Shown here: one piece after another, positions 48,440-61,284 of the stretch
Numbering within the stretch: the stretch's first letter is position 1
Layout of the letters: each line of letters starts with the position of its first letter
Source: SAR324 cluster bacterium REDSEA-S27_B3
GTDB lineage: Bacteria; SAR324; NAC60-12
Assembly (NCBI GenBank): GCA_001627865.1
Contig: LUQO01000038.1
Coordinates: forward strand, 10,941-74,940
Direction of reading: 5' to 3'
Length of the DNA stretch: 64,000 bases
Notes under the pieces: generated by a model
What the model was told of the DNA's origin: nothing
What the model saw: only the letters and a program-made list of their open reading frames with translations
Database searches by the model: none
Translations under genes and position numbers: made by a program

Positions 48440-49042
48440 TTATGTAAGTGTGCAGAAATTTTTTAATAACTGCAGTCCAGCATTCTGGCTTTTTTCAGGA
48501 TGAAACTGCACACCCCACAAGTTTTCCTTAGAAACAACAGAAGCAAAATCATATCCATAATTTGTGAGCCCCAGAATCTGATCACCGGCTTCAGGATTCA
48601 AGTGATAAGAATGTACAAAATAAAAGTGCGTTTCATTAGGAACATCCTTGAACAGGAGGTCTTTTTTCTGCTGAGAAACAGAGTTCCAGCCTATTTGCGG
48701 AATTTTTAGTTCATGCCGGAATCGTTTCACTTTCCCATGAATCCAGCCTAATCCTTCATGGGAACCATTTTCCTCACTGTTATCCATTAACAATTGTGCG
48801 CCTACACATATTCCCAGCATTGGAGTTCCTGATTGAACTTTTCCTTGCAGCGCCTCAAGCATTCCTGAATGTCTTAAATGATCCATTGCCGGAGCAAAAG
48901 CGCCAACTCCCGGCAGCAGGATCCGATCTGCTTTTTGAACATCGTCTGCGTGGGTTACAAGCTTGCTGTCAATTCCGCTGTAATCCAAAGCGTTTTTCAG
49001 ATTATGCAGATTCCCCACACTGTAATCGATGATTACATTCAT
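48440..49042 (-). CDS. hisH: imidazole glycerol phosphate synthase, glutaminase subunit HisH
   Basis: ..ILLPGVGAF.., nucleophile elbow LGICVGAQLL, ..VQFHPEKS... 200 aa. Confidence 0.9.
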   Translation of the reverse strand: MNVIIDYSVGNLHNLKNALDYSGIDSKLVTHADDVQKADRILLPGVGAFAPAMDHLRHSGMLEALQGKVQSGTPMLGICVGAQLLMDNSEENGSHEGLGWIHGKVKRFRHELKIPQIGWNSVSQQKKDLLFKDVPNETHFYFVHSYHLNPEAGDQILGLTNYGYDFASVVSKENLWGVQFHPEKSQNAGLQLLKNFCTLT

Positions 49043-49047
49043 GTCAT

Positions 49048-49641
49048 TCAGAGAACTCCTTTGGTTGATGACACTCCTGTACGACGGGGATCAATTTCAA
49101 CTGCCTGCCTTAAGGCTCTTCCTAAAGCTTTGAACAGCCCTTCACATTTATGATGATCATTTATCCCATAGAGAATGGCCATGTGCAGAGTCATCCGGGA
49201 AGAAATGGCAAGTGATTTGAAGAAGTGGGTGATCATCTGAGTGTCAAGATGCCCGATTGAAGGCTGAATAAATTCGCCTGAAAACACAAATTCAGGACGT
49301 CCGGACAAATCCAGTGCAACCCGGAGCAGTGCTTCGTCCATGGGAAGATATGAATGCCCGTAGCGAACTATGCCTTTTTTATCACCAACTGCTTCTGCCA
49401 GTGCGTTTCCCAGAGCAAGCGCGATATCTTCTGTTGTATGATGAACATCAATTTCCAAATCGCCTTTACAGCTTAATTTAAAATCGAACAAACCGTGAAA
49501 AGTCCACAAATCAAGCATGTGGTCCAAAAATCCTATACCGCTCTTAATGTCAGCTTTTCCGGAACCGTCAAGGTTCAGTTCAAGTTTAATTTTAGTTTCA
49601 TTGGTTACGCGTTCAATTTTCGCGATTCTTTTTTGTTTCAT
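49048..49641 (-). CDS. hisB: imidazoleglycerol-phosphate dehydratase HisB
   Basis: ..RIAKIERVTNETKIKLELNLDG.., ..GIGFLDHML.., ..DVHHTTEDIALALG.., ..G.NDHH..E..FKA... Start taken at the ATG at 49641. Confidence 0.9.
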   Translation of the reverse strand: MKQKRIAKIERVTNETKIKLELNLDGSGKADIKSGIGFLDHMLDLWTFHGLFDFKLSCKGDLEIDVHHTTEDIALALGNALAEAVGDKKGIVRYGHSYLPMDEALLRVALDLSGRPEFVFSGEFIQPSIGHLDTQMITHFFKSLAISSRMTLHMAILYGINDHHKCEGLFKALGRALRQAVEIDPRRTGVSSTKGVL

Positions 49642-49671
49642 AAGTCCTCTTATGGATTTGGGAATCACAGA

Positions 49672-51252
49672 TCAGAAAGAGTACATCAATCTCCCTGCAA
49701 AGTGAAAGATGAGATCTTTCCGTCCAGCAGGCGCTGTATGGTCATCATAACTGAATGCATTTCCCGGTACAAATACGTTGAAATCCAGGTCTAATTTTGC
49801 ATGATTGATTATTTGTAAAGAGAAAGTATTGTCCCATTCATTGCCGATCATGCTTGATTTGGTTCCGAAAGTATCAAGCACGGGTTTGCCGCGTTTAAGC
49901 TGGTAAAGGCCGAAGCGATAAACAGCAGTTGTTTCGGGGATATCATAGCGGTAACGAAATCCGTTCATTTGAGTATTATTAATTGAGTGTCCCAATCCTG
50001 TACCACTGTTCAGTTCGGGACTGCCGCCATTGAAATAAAACTGTGTACCACGATATGTCCCCGGAGATATTTCATAATATCCCTCCAGACTTCGTTTGTA
50101 ATTAACTCCTGTTCTGCTGCTGTCATCCAGCTGTTCATCTCCCTGAGACATCATGCTGACAAATGTAAATTCTTCACCGGGGTTTTTCCAGCTGAGTTGC
50201 AGTTCGGCAACACCTCCGGAAATTTTTCTTTGCTCAAGATTGTGACGGTCATTGTAAAGGAAATAATTGCGATTTCCCTGATTTGAAATAATATCCGCGT
50301 AAACAGACCAGACAGGTGTTTCCCAATTTATGCGCAAGCCAAAATATTCCTGTTCATGAGCGTTGTAGTAAATCGGTTTGCAGTCAGAGTTAAGCGTGTA
50401 ATTCGCAAGACTTGTGTTACAAGCACTTCCTGATTTGAACCCACCGCTTTCCAGGCTGGATAAAGTACTGTTGGAAAGGCGTCTGGCTGGAATATTGTTC
50501 AAACCCAGCGGGACATCATGTTCTGTGTATTTAATCCTAAATAATTCAATCCGTAAAGAATCAATTATTTCTCCCTGCGTATCTACTTCATGCCAGAAAG
50601 GGTAATCCAGTGAAAAGAAATAAAGCCAGTCCGCGTCCGCCGAAGACAGCTTCATCCCGCCGATTTCGTAACACCATGTTCCTGCTTTGCAACGCTGAGA
50701 AAATCCGCTGAGAATTCCTGAAAAAACTTTACCTCTGCGGTCCCCGATGTTAATCACATGTTTACCTAATTTTGTCTCTTCATTTGGATTTCTGTTAAAT
50801 TCCAGAAATGATTGCCTTGCAGTAAGATTTGCGGACTGTGACTCAGGCCCGGTTGTACGGGTGCTATGTGATGCCCTGATGTCGGACTGATAAACGGGTT
50901 CCTGATTCGTGGCAATTTCAAGGTTCAGTGAAATAATACGGTGTACCATTGAACGCAGTTTTATGCGAAGGTCCTGGTCAAATGAAAGTTCTTCAGGAGA
51001 ATTGGTTTCCAGTCTTGATTCGGGAAGATTTTGTGAATGAATCTTTGAGGTGCGAAGTCTGTAATCTCCTGTAAGTTTTAATCCTGGTGAAAAAGTGAGA
51101 TGTTCTTCCCTCTCTGAAACATCCCCCCTCTCCAAGGGGACAAAATTAGCCTGAGCTGCTGCCGAACTTACGCTTGCCAGCAAAACCAAAAAAACTAAAA
51201 CTGGAGACAGAAAAACCGGCCGGACTAAAAAGCTCCGAAAACAGGAAGGCAT
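49672..51252 (-). CDS. outer-membrane beta-barrel protein (porin/alginate-export-like), function unknown
   Basis: Signal peptide ending ..SSAAAQA, alternating amphipathic beta-strand pattern, C-terminal ..GRLMYSF (terminal aromatic OMP signature). Confidence 0.6.
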   Translation of the reverse strand: MPSCFRSFLVRPVFLSPVLVFLVLLASVSSAAAQANFVPLERGDVSEREEHLTFSPGLKLTGDYRLRTSKIHSQNLPESRLETNSPEELSFDQDLRIKLRSMVHRIISLNLEIATNQEPVYQSDIRASHSTRTTGPESQSANLTARQSFLEFNRNPNEETKLGKHVINIGDRRGKVFSGILSGFSQRCKAGTWCYEIGGMKLSSADADWLYFFSLDYPFWHEVDTQGEIIDSLRIELFRIKYTEHDVPLGLNNIPARRLSNSTLSSLESGGFKSGSACNTSLANYTLNSDCKPIYYNAHEQEYFGLRINWETPVWSVYADIISNQGNRNYFLYNDRHNLEQRKISGGVAELQLSWKNPGEEFTFVSMMSQGDEQLDDSSRTGVNYKRSLEGYYEISPGTYRGTQFYFNGGSPELNSGTGLGHSINNTQMNGFRYRYDIPETTAVYRFGLYQLKRGKPVLDTFGTKSSMIGNEWDNTFSLQIINHAKLDLDFNVFVPGNAFSYDDHTAPAGRKDLIFHFAGRLMYSF

Positions 51253-51379
51253 AAAAAATGGAAAATATGGAAAATAAATTAAAATTAGTGGTTCAGTGTG
51301 AGGAAATAGTTTGCAAGGATATTAAAATAAATGACCTGAATAATCAAGTTTTTTCAGTATGATAAATGTCTTTCTACAT

Positions 51380-51865
51380 TCATAATATACTGTCAATTAT
51401 GCGTGAACGGGCCTGACTGCTGTTTCTTAAATCATGTTTCAACTTACGGTTAATTTCCATTTGTTTAACAGACCAATGTGTAACTGAACGAATCAAGTCA
51501 TCCTCCAGCCCAAGGCACTGTCCGCATTTTTTTAGTAGTTCAGCTTCACTTTTCTTTAGATTCCCGTCTATTACAGCAATTGCAGCAAGATAAAAGAAAA
51601 CTTTGATTGCCAAATCAGTCTCCATCTTGATTGTTTCCACCTCAAAAAGTTTTCTCTCTTTCACTTTATCCATTAAATCATGAATTTCCTCCTTGTTATC
51701 AAGCAGTCCTATTGCTTCCTGCAACGCCACAAACTCATGTTTTTCAATAACGTTATCCGCAACAACAATGCTTGCAATTGCGTTCACCACCCAGTCCCGG
51801 ATTTCCTTAGACGCTTTTTCAAAGAGATCTTTGGATAAATCTCGATCTAAATGCAATTTATACAT
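51380..51865 (-). CDS. TerB-like (tellurite-resistance/DjlA N-terminal type) domain protein
   Basis: Two helical repeats with the TerB-like pattern ..VVADNVIEKHEFVALQEAIGLL.. and ..AVIDGNLKKSEAELLKKCGQCLGL... 161 aa. Confidence 0.45.
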   Translation of the reverse strand: MYKLHLDRDLSKDLFEKASKEIRDWVVNAIASIVVADNVIEKHEFVALQEAIGLLDNKEEIHDLMDKVKERKLFEVETIKMETDLAIKVFFYLAAIAVIDGNLKKSEAELLKKCGQCLGLEDDLIRSVTHWSVKQMEINRKLKHDLRNSSQARSRIIDSIL

Positions 51866-51910
51866 GGCAGTTTCAAAACAGATAAAGAAAAATCTCAGAT
51901 ATGCAAGAAT

Positions 51911-53093
51911 TTATATTTGAATTTCTTCATGAAGAAATTCCAGTTTGTCTTTTCCGAAACGTCCCGCGCCATGACCGTTGCCGTAAAGTTTGTATTTATA
52001 AATAACCAAACCCTCAAGTCCAACAGGACCACGAGCATGGGTTTTACCAGTGCTCACAACTACTTCGGCGCCCAGGCCATAACGAAATCCATCCGCAAAA
52101 CGAGTTGAAGCGTTCCAGAATACTCCGGCAGCATCAACTGCATTCATGAACCACTCGGCAAGATCAGAATTTTCAGTCACAATTGCTTCAGTATGCTTTG
52201 AGCCAAAAAGACTGATGTGATTAACTGCATCTTCGGCAGAATTAACTGATTTTATTGAAAGTATTAAGTCAGTGTACTCTGTTCCCCAGTCTTCTTCCGT
52301 AGCATCTATTAAATTCAATTCCGTAAAGACTTCCAGACGAAATTTTGTTTCCGGACAGACCCTTAACTCAACTCCGGACTCCTGCATTTTGAGCAAAATA
52401 TCAGCTAGCCATTTGTCCGGATATTTCTGATGTACAAGTAAAGTTTCAACGGCATTACAGACAGCAGGATAATCCAATTTAGCGTCCAGTGCTACTTCTC
52501 TGCTCTTTTGTTGGTCAGCGCCATCATCAAGATATACATGACATATTCCATCACCATGACCTGTTAACCAGAGTTTTACGAATCAATGCTGCTAATACTC
52601 GATTTGAATTTTGAGCTTCTTTTCCACCTTTTAGAATAACAGCGTTTCCGGATTTCAGCGCGAGGGCTGATATTTGTACAACTACTTCCGGACGTGATTC
52701 AAAAATCACCAGTATGACTCCAATTGGACATGAGACACAGTATAGATCCAGCCCTTTATCCAGTTGCGTGGCCTTTACTGTTTTTCCTGCCGGATTTGGG
52801 AGTGCGGCGACGCTTACGCAATTTTGAGCCATCTGATCAATTTTCATGTGATTGAGTGATACCCGTTTGCAGGCGCTTGCGGTTAATTCCCCGCTTTGCA
52901 GCATTTTATTGGCCACATCCATATCCTTAGCATTCGCCGTCAAAATCTCAGCAGAGTTTTCACGAATCGTTTCTGACAAATCATGAAGGATTTGATTTTT
53001 CTGTGAATTGTCCAGATTTGACAGCATAAGCGCCGCTTCACGTGCTTTTATCACATGCTGCTGCATCGCTTCAGAAACATTATGGTTTTTCAT
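51911..53093 (-). pseudogene. proA: gamma-glutamyl phosphate reductase proA, disrupted (internal deletion plus frame change at about 52551-52582)
   Basis: The N-terminal ORF (53093..52551) matches ProA up to ..ILKGGKEAQNSNRVLAALIRKTLVN, then stops (TGA 52553-52551). A second frame, open from 52582, reads ..GHGDGICHVYLDDGADQQKSREVALDAKLDYPAVCNAVETLLVH.. and runs to the normal ProA C-terminus. The segment that normally carries the ..IPRGG.. block is absent. Confidence 0.7.
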
Positions 53094-53140
53094 TTTGCAA
53101 AAATAATTTAAGTTTTCGTTATGCAGATTACAGGCTAGAT

Positions 53141-55624
53141 TTAAAACAATCCACTGACAGTGAATTCAAATCTGTCCGGAGTTTCGTGAGGCCGTTTATC
53201 TAACTTCGAACCATATTCGAATCGCAACACACCCATTGGTGTAATAACACGGACACCCATGCCGGCACTTTTTCGCATATCAAAAAATCCTGGTTCTTTC
53301 TCACCCAGAAGTTTATATTGTCTGGACTCCGCATTAACATTTCCTGCGTCCAGAAACACCAGTCCACGGACGAAACTATTCTCATCTTGACTAAGTGGAA
53401 ACAGTAATTCAAGATTAAACACTCTTTCAGAAATTCCTCCGCTTTTCAATTCCTGCAATTCGCTCGCGCTCAGACCCACAGTTCGGCTGTCATAAGTTTT
53501 TGTTTGCTGATAACCAAGTTCATCCGTGACCACCCTGAATTCACGATAAAGCTGCTGCTCACTGGTTCCGTATGGGCCGGCAATGTTGTAATAGTAGTGT
53601 CCCCTTACGGAGTCAATTCCTCCGATTCGATATCTGTCTTCTGAAGGGATCGGAGAGCCTCCCTGTTCCTGAAGTAGGCCCAAGCGTCCCTTTGCCATTA
53701 ATATAAATGTATTTTCCAGATTCAATGACCAAAATTGCTGATACTGAAGCCGGTATTCCCGCAACTGTATATTCCCGCCAAAAGGAGTTCCGGTCTGGAT
53801 TATACGAAAGGATGTATTAATACCTTCACTTGGAAAAATCGGATGATTGACGGAGTTGTAAGTTAACGAAGGCGAAACTGAATGTTTGTAAAGGTCTCCT
53901 CCGGAATCAGAATATATACGGTCAAGAGCGCTGATTTCTGTTGAGTAACGCAAATTGCGGAAATACATCGGCGTCCCCAGACTAAAACCATAACTGTTTT
54001 CAGTAATAGTTCCACGCTCAAATTCTGTTGAATCCTGCACCTTGCTTCTGGCAGCAAAAACAGAACCTGAAACCTGTGAGTCAAAAAGTCTTGGGTCAAT
54101 CAATGTTATATCAAATTTCTGTTGAACACTTTGCTCAGCAAACTGCGCGCTTAAGCGTAAAGTTCGTCCTGTTCCGAATAAATTTCCTTTTGAAAGCGTG
54201 ACACCACCACTGAATCCGGAAAAGTCACTGTAGCCCAACTGTGCCTGAAAAGTTCCGGTTTGTGTTTCTTTTAAGCGTGCCAGTATATCCAGCAAGTTAT
54301 CTTCCTGATAACGAGGCGAACGCTCTAAAACCACCCCAGACTGAAAGAAGCCCAGACGGTTTAGATTTTCCTGACTGAGACGCAGTTTTTTCCCGTTAAA
54401 CAGTTCTTCTTCCTGCATTTCAAACTCACGCCGTATCACATGGTCACGAGTCTCTTTGTTCCCAGCAATTTCCAGGCGACCGAAATAAGCTTTCTCGCCT
54501 TTCACAACACGGTAGTTTACATCAACAGTTTTTGTATCGTCGTGTATTTTTGTTTCCGGAATTACTCTGACAAAGGCATAACCCTGTTCATGATATACTT
54601 CACTGATTACAGAACGATCTCTGTTTTGCAGGAAAGGGTTGTAAATTTCACCTTCTTCAAGCAATAAGTCTTCAATCATTTTATCTTTATCTCCCAGTAT
54701 ATCTCCGGAAACATCAATCTTTCCGGTAAAATACTGCTCTCCTTCAGATATTTTTAAGCGGACATCAACACGGCTGTAATCAGGGTTGTGAATCAACATC
54801 ACATCCGGTTTATCAATAAAAACTTTGATGAATCCTTGTTTGAGGTAGTGCTGGGTTATCAGCGAGAGATCCTGATTAATCATTTCTTCCCGGAAAAGTC
54901 CGGATTGATTTGCCCAGGAAACACAATCTATCTCAGAACTCATGATAAATCGTTTAATATCCAGTTCTGAATAAAATTTTGTTCCAGATATATAAATATC
55001 AGAAAGATAAACACGCGGTTTTTCTTCAATTTCAAAAATAACACGAAACTTTTTTCCTTCAGTTTCGGTTCTGGAATCAACAGGTTCAATTCTGCTGTTG
55101 ACCCGAACTCTGGGGTAGCCCTCACTACGGTAATGTTCGAGAATTATTTGCTCATTCACCATAATTTTGTCCGGATCGTAGGGATCATGCTGGACCAGTG
55201 TCATCTTTTCTTCAATTTCTGTGCGTTCAGCCAGCAGAATTCCTTCGAACTTAATTACATCCAAACGCGGTCTTTCTTTTACCACATAACGTAGTAAATA
55301 ACCTTTTTCGCCGGATTCACTTTCGTCCTGCAGCTCAACTTCTGCTGTGACATCTTCAAACAGTTTCATTTGAAAAATAGTGTGAATGTCCCTGCGAATC
55401 ATTTTGCGGTCAAGCGGCTCTCCTTCCTGGCTTTCTATCAAAAACATGATCTGGGATGATTCCAGGTCAGTGGTGCCTTTTATTTCAATTTCTGATATTT
55501 GAGCAGATATAACATTGCCTTCTGTCGATTGGGCGTTAAGAGAAGGACTGAAAATTCCGGAGGACAGGACACCCAGAAAAGCAATCATCGCTATGAAACG
55601 AAAAGCTGAAAACAGGGTGTTCAT
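53141..55624 (-). CDS. bamA: outer membrane protein assembly factor BamA
   Basis: Signal peptide, five POTRA-like repeats (I..I.I.G.. pattern), C-terminal Omp85 barrel ending ..FEFTVSGLF. 827 aa. Confidence 0.9.
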   Translation of the reverse strand: MNTLFSAFRFIAMIAFLGVLSSGIFSPSLNAQSTEGNVISAQISEIEIKGTTDLESSQIMFLIESQEGEPLDRKMIRRDIHTIFQMKLFEDVTAEVELQDESESGEKGYLLRYVVKERPRLDVIKFEGILLAERTEIEEKMTLVQHDPYDPDKIMVNEQIILEHYRSEGYPRVRVNSRIEPVDSRTETEGKKFRVIFEIEEKPRVYLSDIYISGTKFYSELDIKRFIMSSEIDCVSWANQSGLFREEMINQDLSLITQHYLKQGFIKVFIDKPDVMLIHNPDYSRVDVRLKISEGEQYFTGKIDVSGDILGDKDKMIEDLLLEEGEIYNPFLQNRDRSVISEVYHEQGYAFVRVIPETKIHDDTKTVDVNYRVVKGEKAYFGRLEIAGNKETRDHVIRREFEMQEEELFNGKKLRLSQENLNRLGFFQSGVVLERSPRYQEDNLLDILARLKETQTGTFQAQLGYSDFSGFSGGVTLSKGNLFGTGRTLRLSAQFAEQSVQQKFDITLIDPRLFDSQVSGSVFAARSKVQDSTEFERGTITENSYGFSLGTPMYFRNLRYSTEISALDRIYSDSGGDLYKHSVSPSLTYNSVNHPIFPSEGINTSFRIIQTGTPFGGNIQLREYRLQYQQFWSLNLENTFILMAKGRLGLLQEQGGSPIPSEDRYRIGGIDSVRGHYYYNIAGPYGTSEQQLYREFRVVTDELGYQQTKTYDSRTVGLSASELQELKSGGISERVFNLELLFPLSQDENSFVRGLVFLDAGNVNAESRQYKLLGEKEPGFFDMRKSAGMGVRVITPMGVLRFEYGSKLDKRPHETPDRFEFTVSGLF

Positions 55625-55677
55625 TAAAATAGAAATGTATGTGATGCAGACAGAGAAAAAATACTATTGAGGAAAAC

Positions 55678-56361
55678 TTATTTATTCGCGATCAAATGCA
55701 GTTGTCCATTTTCCATTCGATGTTGATATTGCATAGCTGATGCGAGGCTGGGGTTGTGGGTAATCATAATAAAAGTCGTGTCCTGCTCTCGATTGAGGCG
55801 TAACAAAATATCCATAACTTGTATGCCTGTCTCTTCATCCAGGTTACCTGTCGGTTCATCTGCCAGCACAATACGGGGGCTGTTAACCAAAGCACGCGCG
55901 ATAGCAACCCGTTGCTGCTCACCGCCGGAAAGCTGAGAAGGTTTATGTGTGGCACGCTCAGCCAATCCAACTTTTTCCAGCAAATTAAGAGCATTTTTTC
56001 TTACAACTCCTGCATTCTCCCCTTGGATCAGCTGGGGAATCATTACATTTTCTAGCGCGGTGAAATCATTTAACAACTGATGAAACTGGAAAATAAAACC
56101 GATTGAGTGATTCCGGAATTGTGCAGCCTGATTTCTTGTAAATCCGGATAAATCTTTTTTGTCAAGAAATAACTGCCCTTCGTCAATGCTTTCCAGTGTG
56201 CCTAGGGTGTGCAGGAAAGTGCTTTTCCCAGTACCTGATGCACCAACGATCGCAACAGTAGAACCTGTATCTGCCTCAAAATTAAGCCCCCGCAAAATAT
56301 GCAGTTTGTGCCCCTCTCCATCATAATAACTTTTGTGAAGATTAGAGACTTTAATTTGCAT
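55678..56361 (-). CDS. lolD: ABC transporter ATP-binding protein, LolD-like (lipoprotein release)
   Basis: Walker A GASGTGKST, ..IGFIFQFHQLLNDFTALENV.. (LolD-type Q-loop region), signature LSGGEQQR, Walker B LADEPTGNLD. 227 aa. Confidence 0.75.
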   Translation of the reverse strand: MQIKVSNLHKSYYDGEGHKLHILRGLNFEADTGSTVAIVGASGTGKSTFLHTLGTLESIDEGQLFLDKKDLSGFTRNQAAQFRNHSIGFIFQFHQLLNDFTALENVMIPQLIQGENAGVVRKNALNLLEKVGLAERATHKPSQLSGGEQQRVAIARALVNSPRIVLADEPTGNLDEETGIQVMDILLRLNREQDTTFIMITHNPSLASAMQYQHRMENGQLHLIANK

Positions 56362-56436
56362 AATTTACAGGGACTGCAGTCAGACTAATTCACTGAAAAG
56401 TGAGTGCAAGTAACAAACATGCTGAATCCAGGACTA

Positions 56437-58227
56437 TTATGAATAAAGGCTCTCAATCTGAGACTTAAACTGTTTCTCCACCACTTCCCTTTTTAGTTTT
56501 AGTGTTGGTGTCAGCAGGCCGTTGTCTATGCTCCATTCTTCCGCAAGCAGAGCAAAGTTTTCCGGATGCTCAAAGCTCTTGAAATCTTTTCCATAAATTT
56601 TCAATTGTTCCCGGAATAATTCCTGTATGCGAGTTTCTTTCAAAAGACTTTCACCACTTCCGGATATTCCATTGCTCTGGGCAAATTGTTCGACCGCGGG
56701 CATTGCAGCAACAATCAAAGCTACATTGTTAGGGCGATTAAATCCATAAAGCATCACTTGATCAATATACGCACTCAGCTTAAGTGATTCTTCTAATGGT
56801 GCAGGAGCAACATATTCTCCGATATCAAGTTTGTATTGTTCCTTCACGCGTCCAGTAATGTAGAGGTAGCCTTCTGAATCCAAATGCCCTAAGTCACCAG
56901 TACGCAATCCTCCGTCTTCAATGATGGTTTCTCTTGTTTTTTCCGGAAGGTTATGGTAACCAAGCATGATATTTTCACCGTATGCCAAAACCTCTCCATC
57001 TTCCTCTTTGGAACCTTGAACTGAATTATCTATTTCAATCCGTACTCCAGGCAAAGGTTTACCTACGGAGCCGAACCGTCTTGCTCCGGGATAATTAACT
57101 GTTAACGCGGCAGTATTTTCACTAAGTCCATATCCTTCATAAAGGCTTATCCCAAGATCATTCACAAATTCCGCTACATCAGGACTTAAAGCGCTGGCAC
57201 CACTAACGGCAATGCGTAAATTCCCGCCGAAGCGATTCAGCACTTTTTTGAAAATTATTTTGCGTGCCAGTGTAAGAGTTAAATTATCCATAAAACCAAG
57301 TGTTTCACCTTCTCTTTCCCTTTTTGCCTGTTTCAGTCCTGCATAGAACAATGAACGGATAAAACCAGGTTTTTCCTGCATTTGTCCGATTAATCGTTCA
57401 TAAATTCGGTTATAAACTCTGGGCACAGCAAAAAACATACTGGGCTTAACAACACCCAGTTCATCAATCAATGTATTTACATCTTCAACTAATCCTGCTG
57501 AGCCACCGGAACTAATCAATCCATGCACTTCGGCTACCTGGCCAAATACGTGTGCCCATGGTAAAAATGCAAGCGTTCGGTCATTTTCAGTCATCCCCAG
57601 CAAAGGCAGGACCGCCTGGCATTCAAAAATAACATTTTTGTGGCTCAGAATTACACCTTTTGGTTCCCCGGTTGTTCCGGATGTGTAAATCATTCCCATT
57701 GGAGACTCTGATGCAGGCTGTTGCACTTCAGCAGGATTATCACGACCTGTTTCCAATAAATCCGAATATGTTTTAATTTCATCTGAGCTGTTTCCGGAGA
57801 GTAAAACTACATGATCCAGCGAATCTATTCGTTCTGGGAAATCACGAGTTTGTTCAAGTACAGTTGTATTTGCCACCAACAGTACTTTTGCGCCGCAGTC
57901 TCGGGCTATGTATTCCCATTCCTTTGCCATTTGAGTTTCATACATGGGAATATGCTGCCCGCACAAACCATAAGTGGCATAAGCCGAAACAGCCCATTCT
58001 TCTGTGTTTTTGGAGATCACAGCCACTTTATCTCCGGATGAAACGCCTAATGAGGCCAGTCCTCCTCGAAAATTATCTACTTTTTCCGCAAACTGTTCAT
58101 AAGTAGTCCACTCGTAAATACCTTCGCGTTTTGTACCGAACAAAGGACGATCAGCATATAGCTTTCGTGAATTATCCAGCATTTCAATTAGATTGTTGTG
58201 AATAACTTGAGTCGATGATTCAGCCAT
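56437..58227 (-). CDS. long-chain acyl-CoA synthetase (AMP-forming)
   Basis: YTSGTTGEPKGV, ..EGYGLSE.., ..TGDLGHLDSEGYLYITGRVKEQYKL..GEYV.P... GGAGG SD 5 nt upstream of the ATG at 58227. Confidence 0.8.
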   Translation of the reverse strand: MAESSTQVIHNNLIEMLDNSRKLYADRPLFGTKREGIYEWTTYEQFAEKVDNFRGGLASLGVSSGDKVAVISKNTEEWAVSAYATYGLCGQHIPMYETQMAKEWEYIARDCGAKVLLVANTTVLEQTRDFPERIDSLDHVVLLSGNSSDEIKTYSDLLETGRDNPAEVQQPASESPMGMIYTSGTTGEPKGVILSHKNVIFECQAVLPLLGMTENDRTLAFLPWAHVFGQVAEVHGLISSGGSAGLVEDVNTLIDELGVVKPSMFFAVPRVYNRIYERLIGQMQEKPGFIRSLFYAGLKQAKREREGETLGFMDNLTLTLARKIIFKKVLNRFGGNLRIAVSGASALSPDVAEFVNDLGISLYEGYGLSENTAALTVNYPGARRFGSVGKPLPGVRIEIDNSVQGSKEEDGEVLAYGENIMLGYHNLPEKTRETIIEDGGLRTGDLGHLDSEGYLYITGRVKEQYKLDIGEYVAPAPLEESLKLSAYIDQVMLYGFNRPNNVALIVAAMPAVEQFAQSNGISGSGESLLKETRIQELFREQLKIYGKDFKSFEHPENFALLAEEWSIDNGLLTPTLKLKREVVEKQFKSQIESLYS

Positions 58228-58334
58228 AACTACCTCCAAAAATTAAGGATTTTCATATATTATTCTCTTTTATAATCCCACTAAGTATTTTGGGTAAAAT
58301 GAGAATCTAAATAAACAATTATATCCTAACTTTT

Positions 58335-60658
<2,324 letters not shown>

Positions 60659-60671
60659 TCAATAACAAACG

Positions 60672-60700
60672 GTTGATGAAATTGCTCGTGTTTCATCAAC
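60672..60700 (-). terminator. candidate intrinsic terminator hairpin downstream of the AbrB-like gene
   Basis: Perfect 10-bp inverted repeat GTTGATGAAA/TTTCATCAAC with a 9-nt loop. On the minus strand it is followed by cgTTTgTTaTT. A second 8-bp inverted repeat (AAACACTC/GAGTGTTT) lies at 60724-60757. Confidence 0.4.
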
Positions 60701-60769
60701 TGTCAAGCTTTAATTAAGGAAGGAAACACTCACCTTTGAATAAGCTAAGGAGTGTTTAAATGAAGTTAA

Positions 60770-61132
60770 TTAATTTGCCGTTTTTTCGATAATAATTTTG
60801 TTTTTTCCAGAACGACGAATAACAACGTTATCTCCTTTGTTCCAGTCCAGTTCCTGAAAAATCTGTTGTGGAATAATTACTCGTTTTGAAACTCCAGCTT
60901 TGCCTGCAGTTCTAACAGTATCAAAGTGTTTGCGTTTTATTGCTTTTGAGGCTTTTTTTGTTACTCTGGTTCTGGCAAACTGAGGAGGAATTTCACCAAG
61001 TTTCATAGTTGAATTCAGCAGTCGTGCTCTTAAAGTGTAAACAGGCATTTTTAAGGCTTTTGCGGTTGCACTCATATTATTATTTTCAGCAAGTTCTCTT
61101 ACCTTTTTTAAAAAATCAGCATCTCGTTTCAT
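60770..61132 (-). CDS. small DNA-binding protein: N-terminal HTH-like segment + C-terminal AbrB/SpoVT-like domain
   Basis: ..MSATAKALKMPVYTLRARL.. (HTH-like) and ..SKRVIIPQQIFQELDWNKGDNVVIRRSGKNKIIIEK.. (swapped-hairpin AbrB pattern). AAGGTGG SD upstream of the ATG at 61132. Confidence 0.5.
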   Translation of the reverse strand: MKRDADFLKKVRELAENNNMSATAKALKMPVYTLRARLLNSTMKLGEIPPQFARTRVTKKASKAIKRKHFDTVRTAGKAGVSKRVIIPQQIFQELDWNKGDNVVIRRSGKNKIIIEKTAN

Positions 61133-61284
61133 ATCCACCTTTTCTAAATGAAACATTATAAAAACAAATGTCTGCCTGCTAAAACTAAGCAAACATTAAT
61201 TACAACTGTTGGAGTATAAACCAGTTTTTTAATTCACACAAGGATTTTATAAATCAGGCAATTTATTTTATTGGTTGTTTTCAT

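Noticed and set aside
25767-49641. Histidine genes split into hisA-hisF (25.8-27.3 kb) and hisH-hisB (48.4-49.6 kb).
   Set aside because: Dispersed his genes are common outside enterobacteria, so this is noted only as context.
51253-51290. Direct repeat atggaaaat-atggaaaat upstream of the OMP gene.
   Set aside because: Only two 9-nt copies in an A-rich promoter region, too short to call a repeat element.
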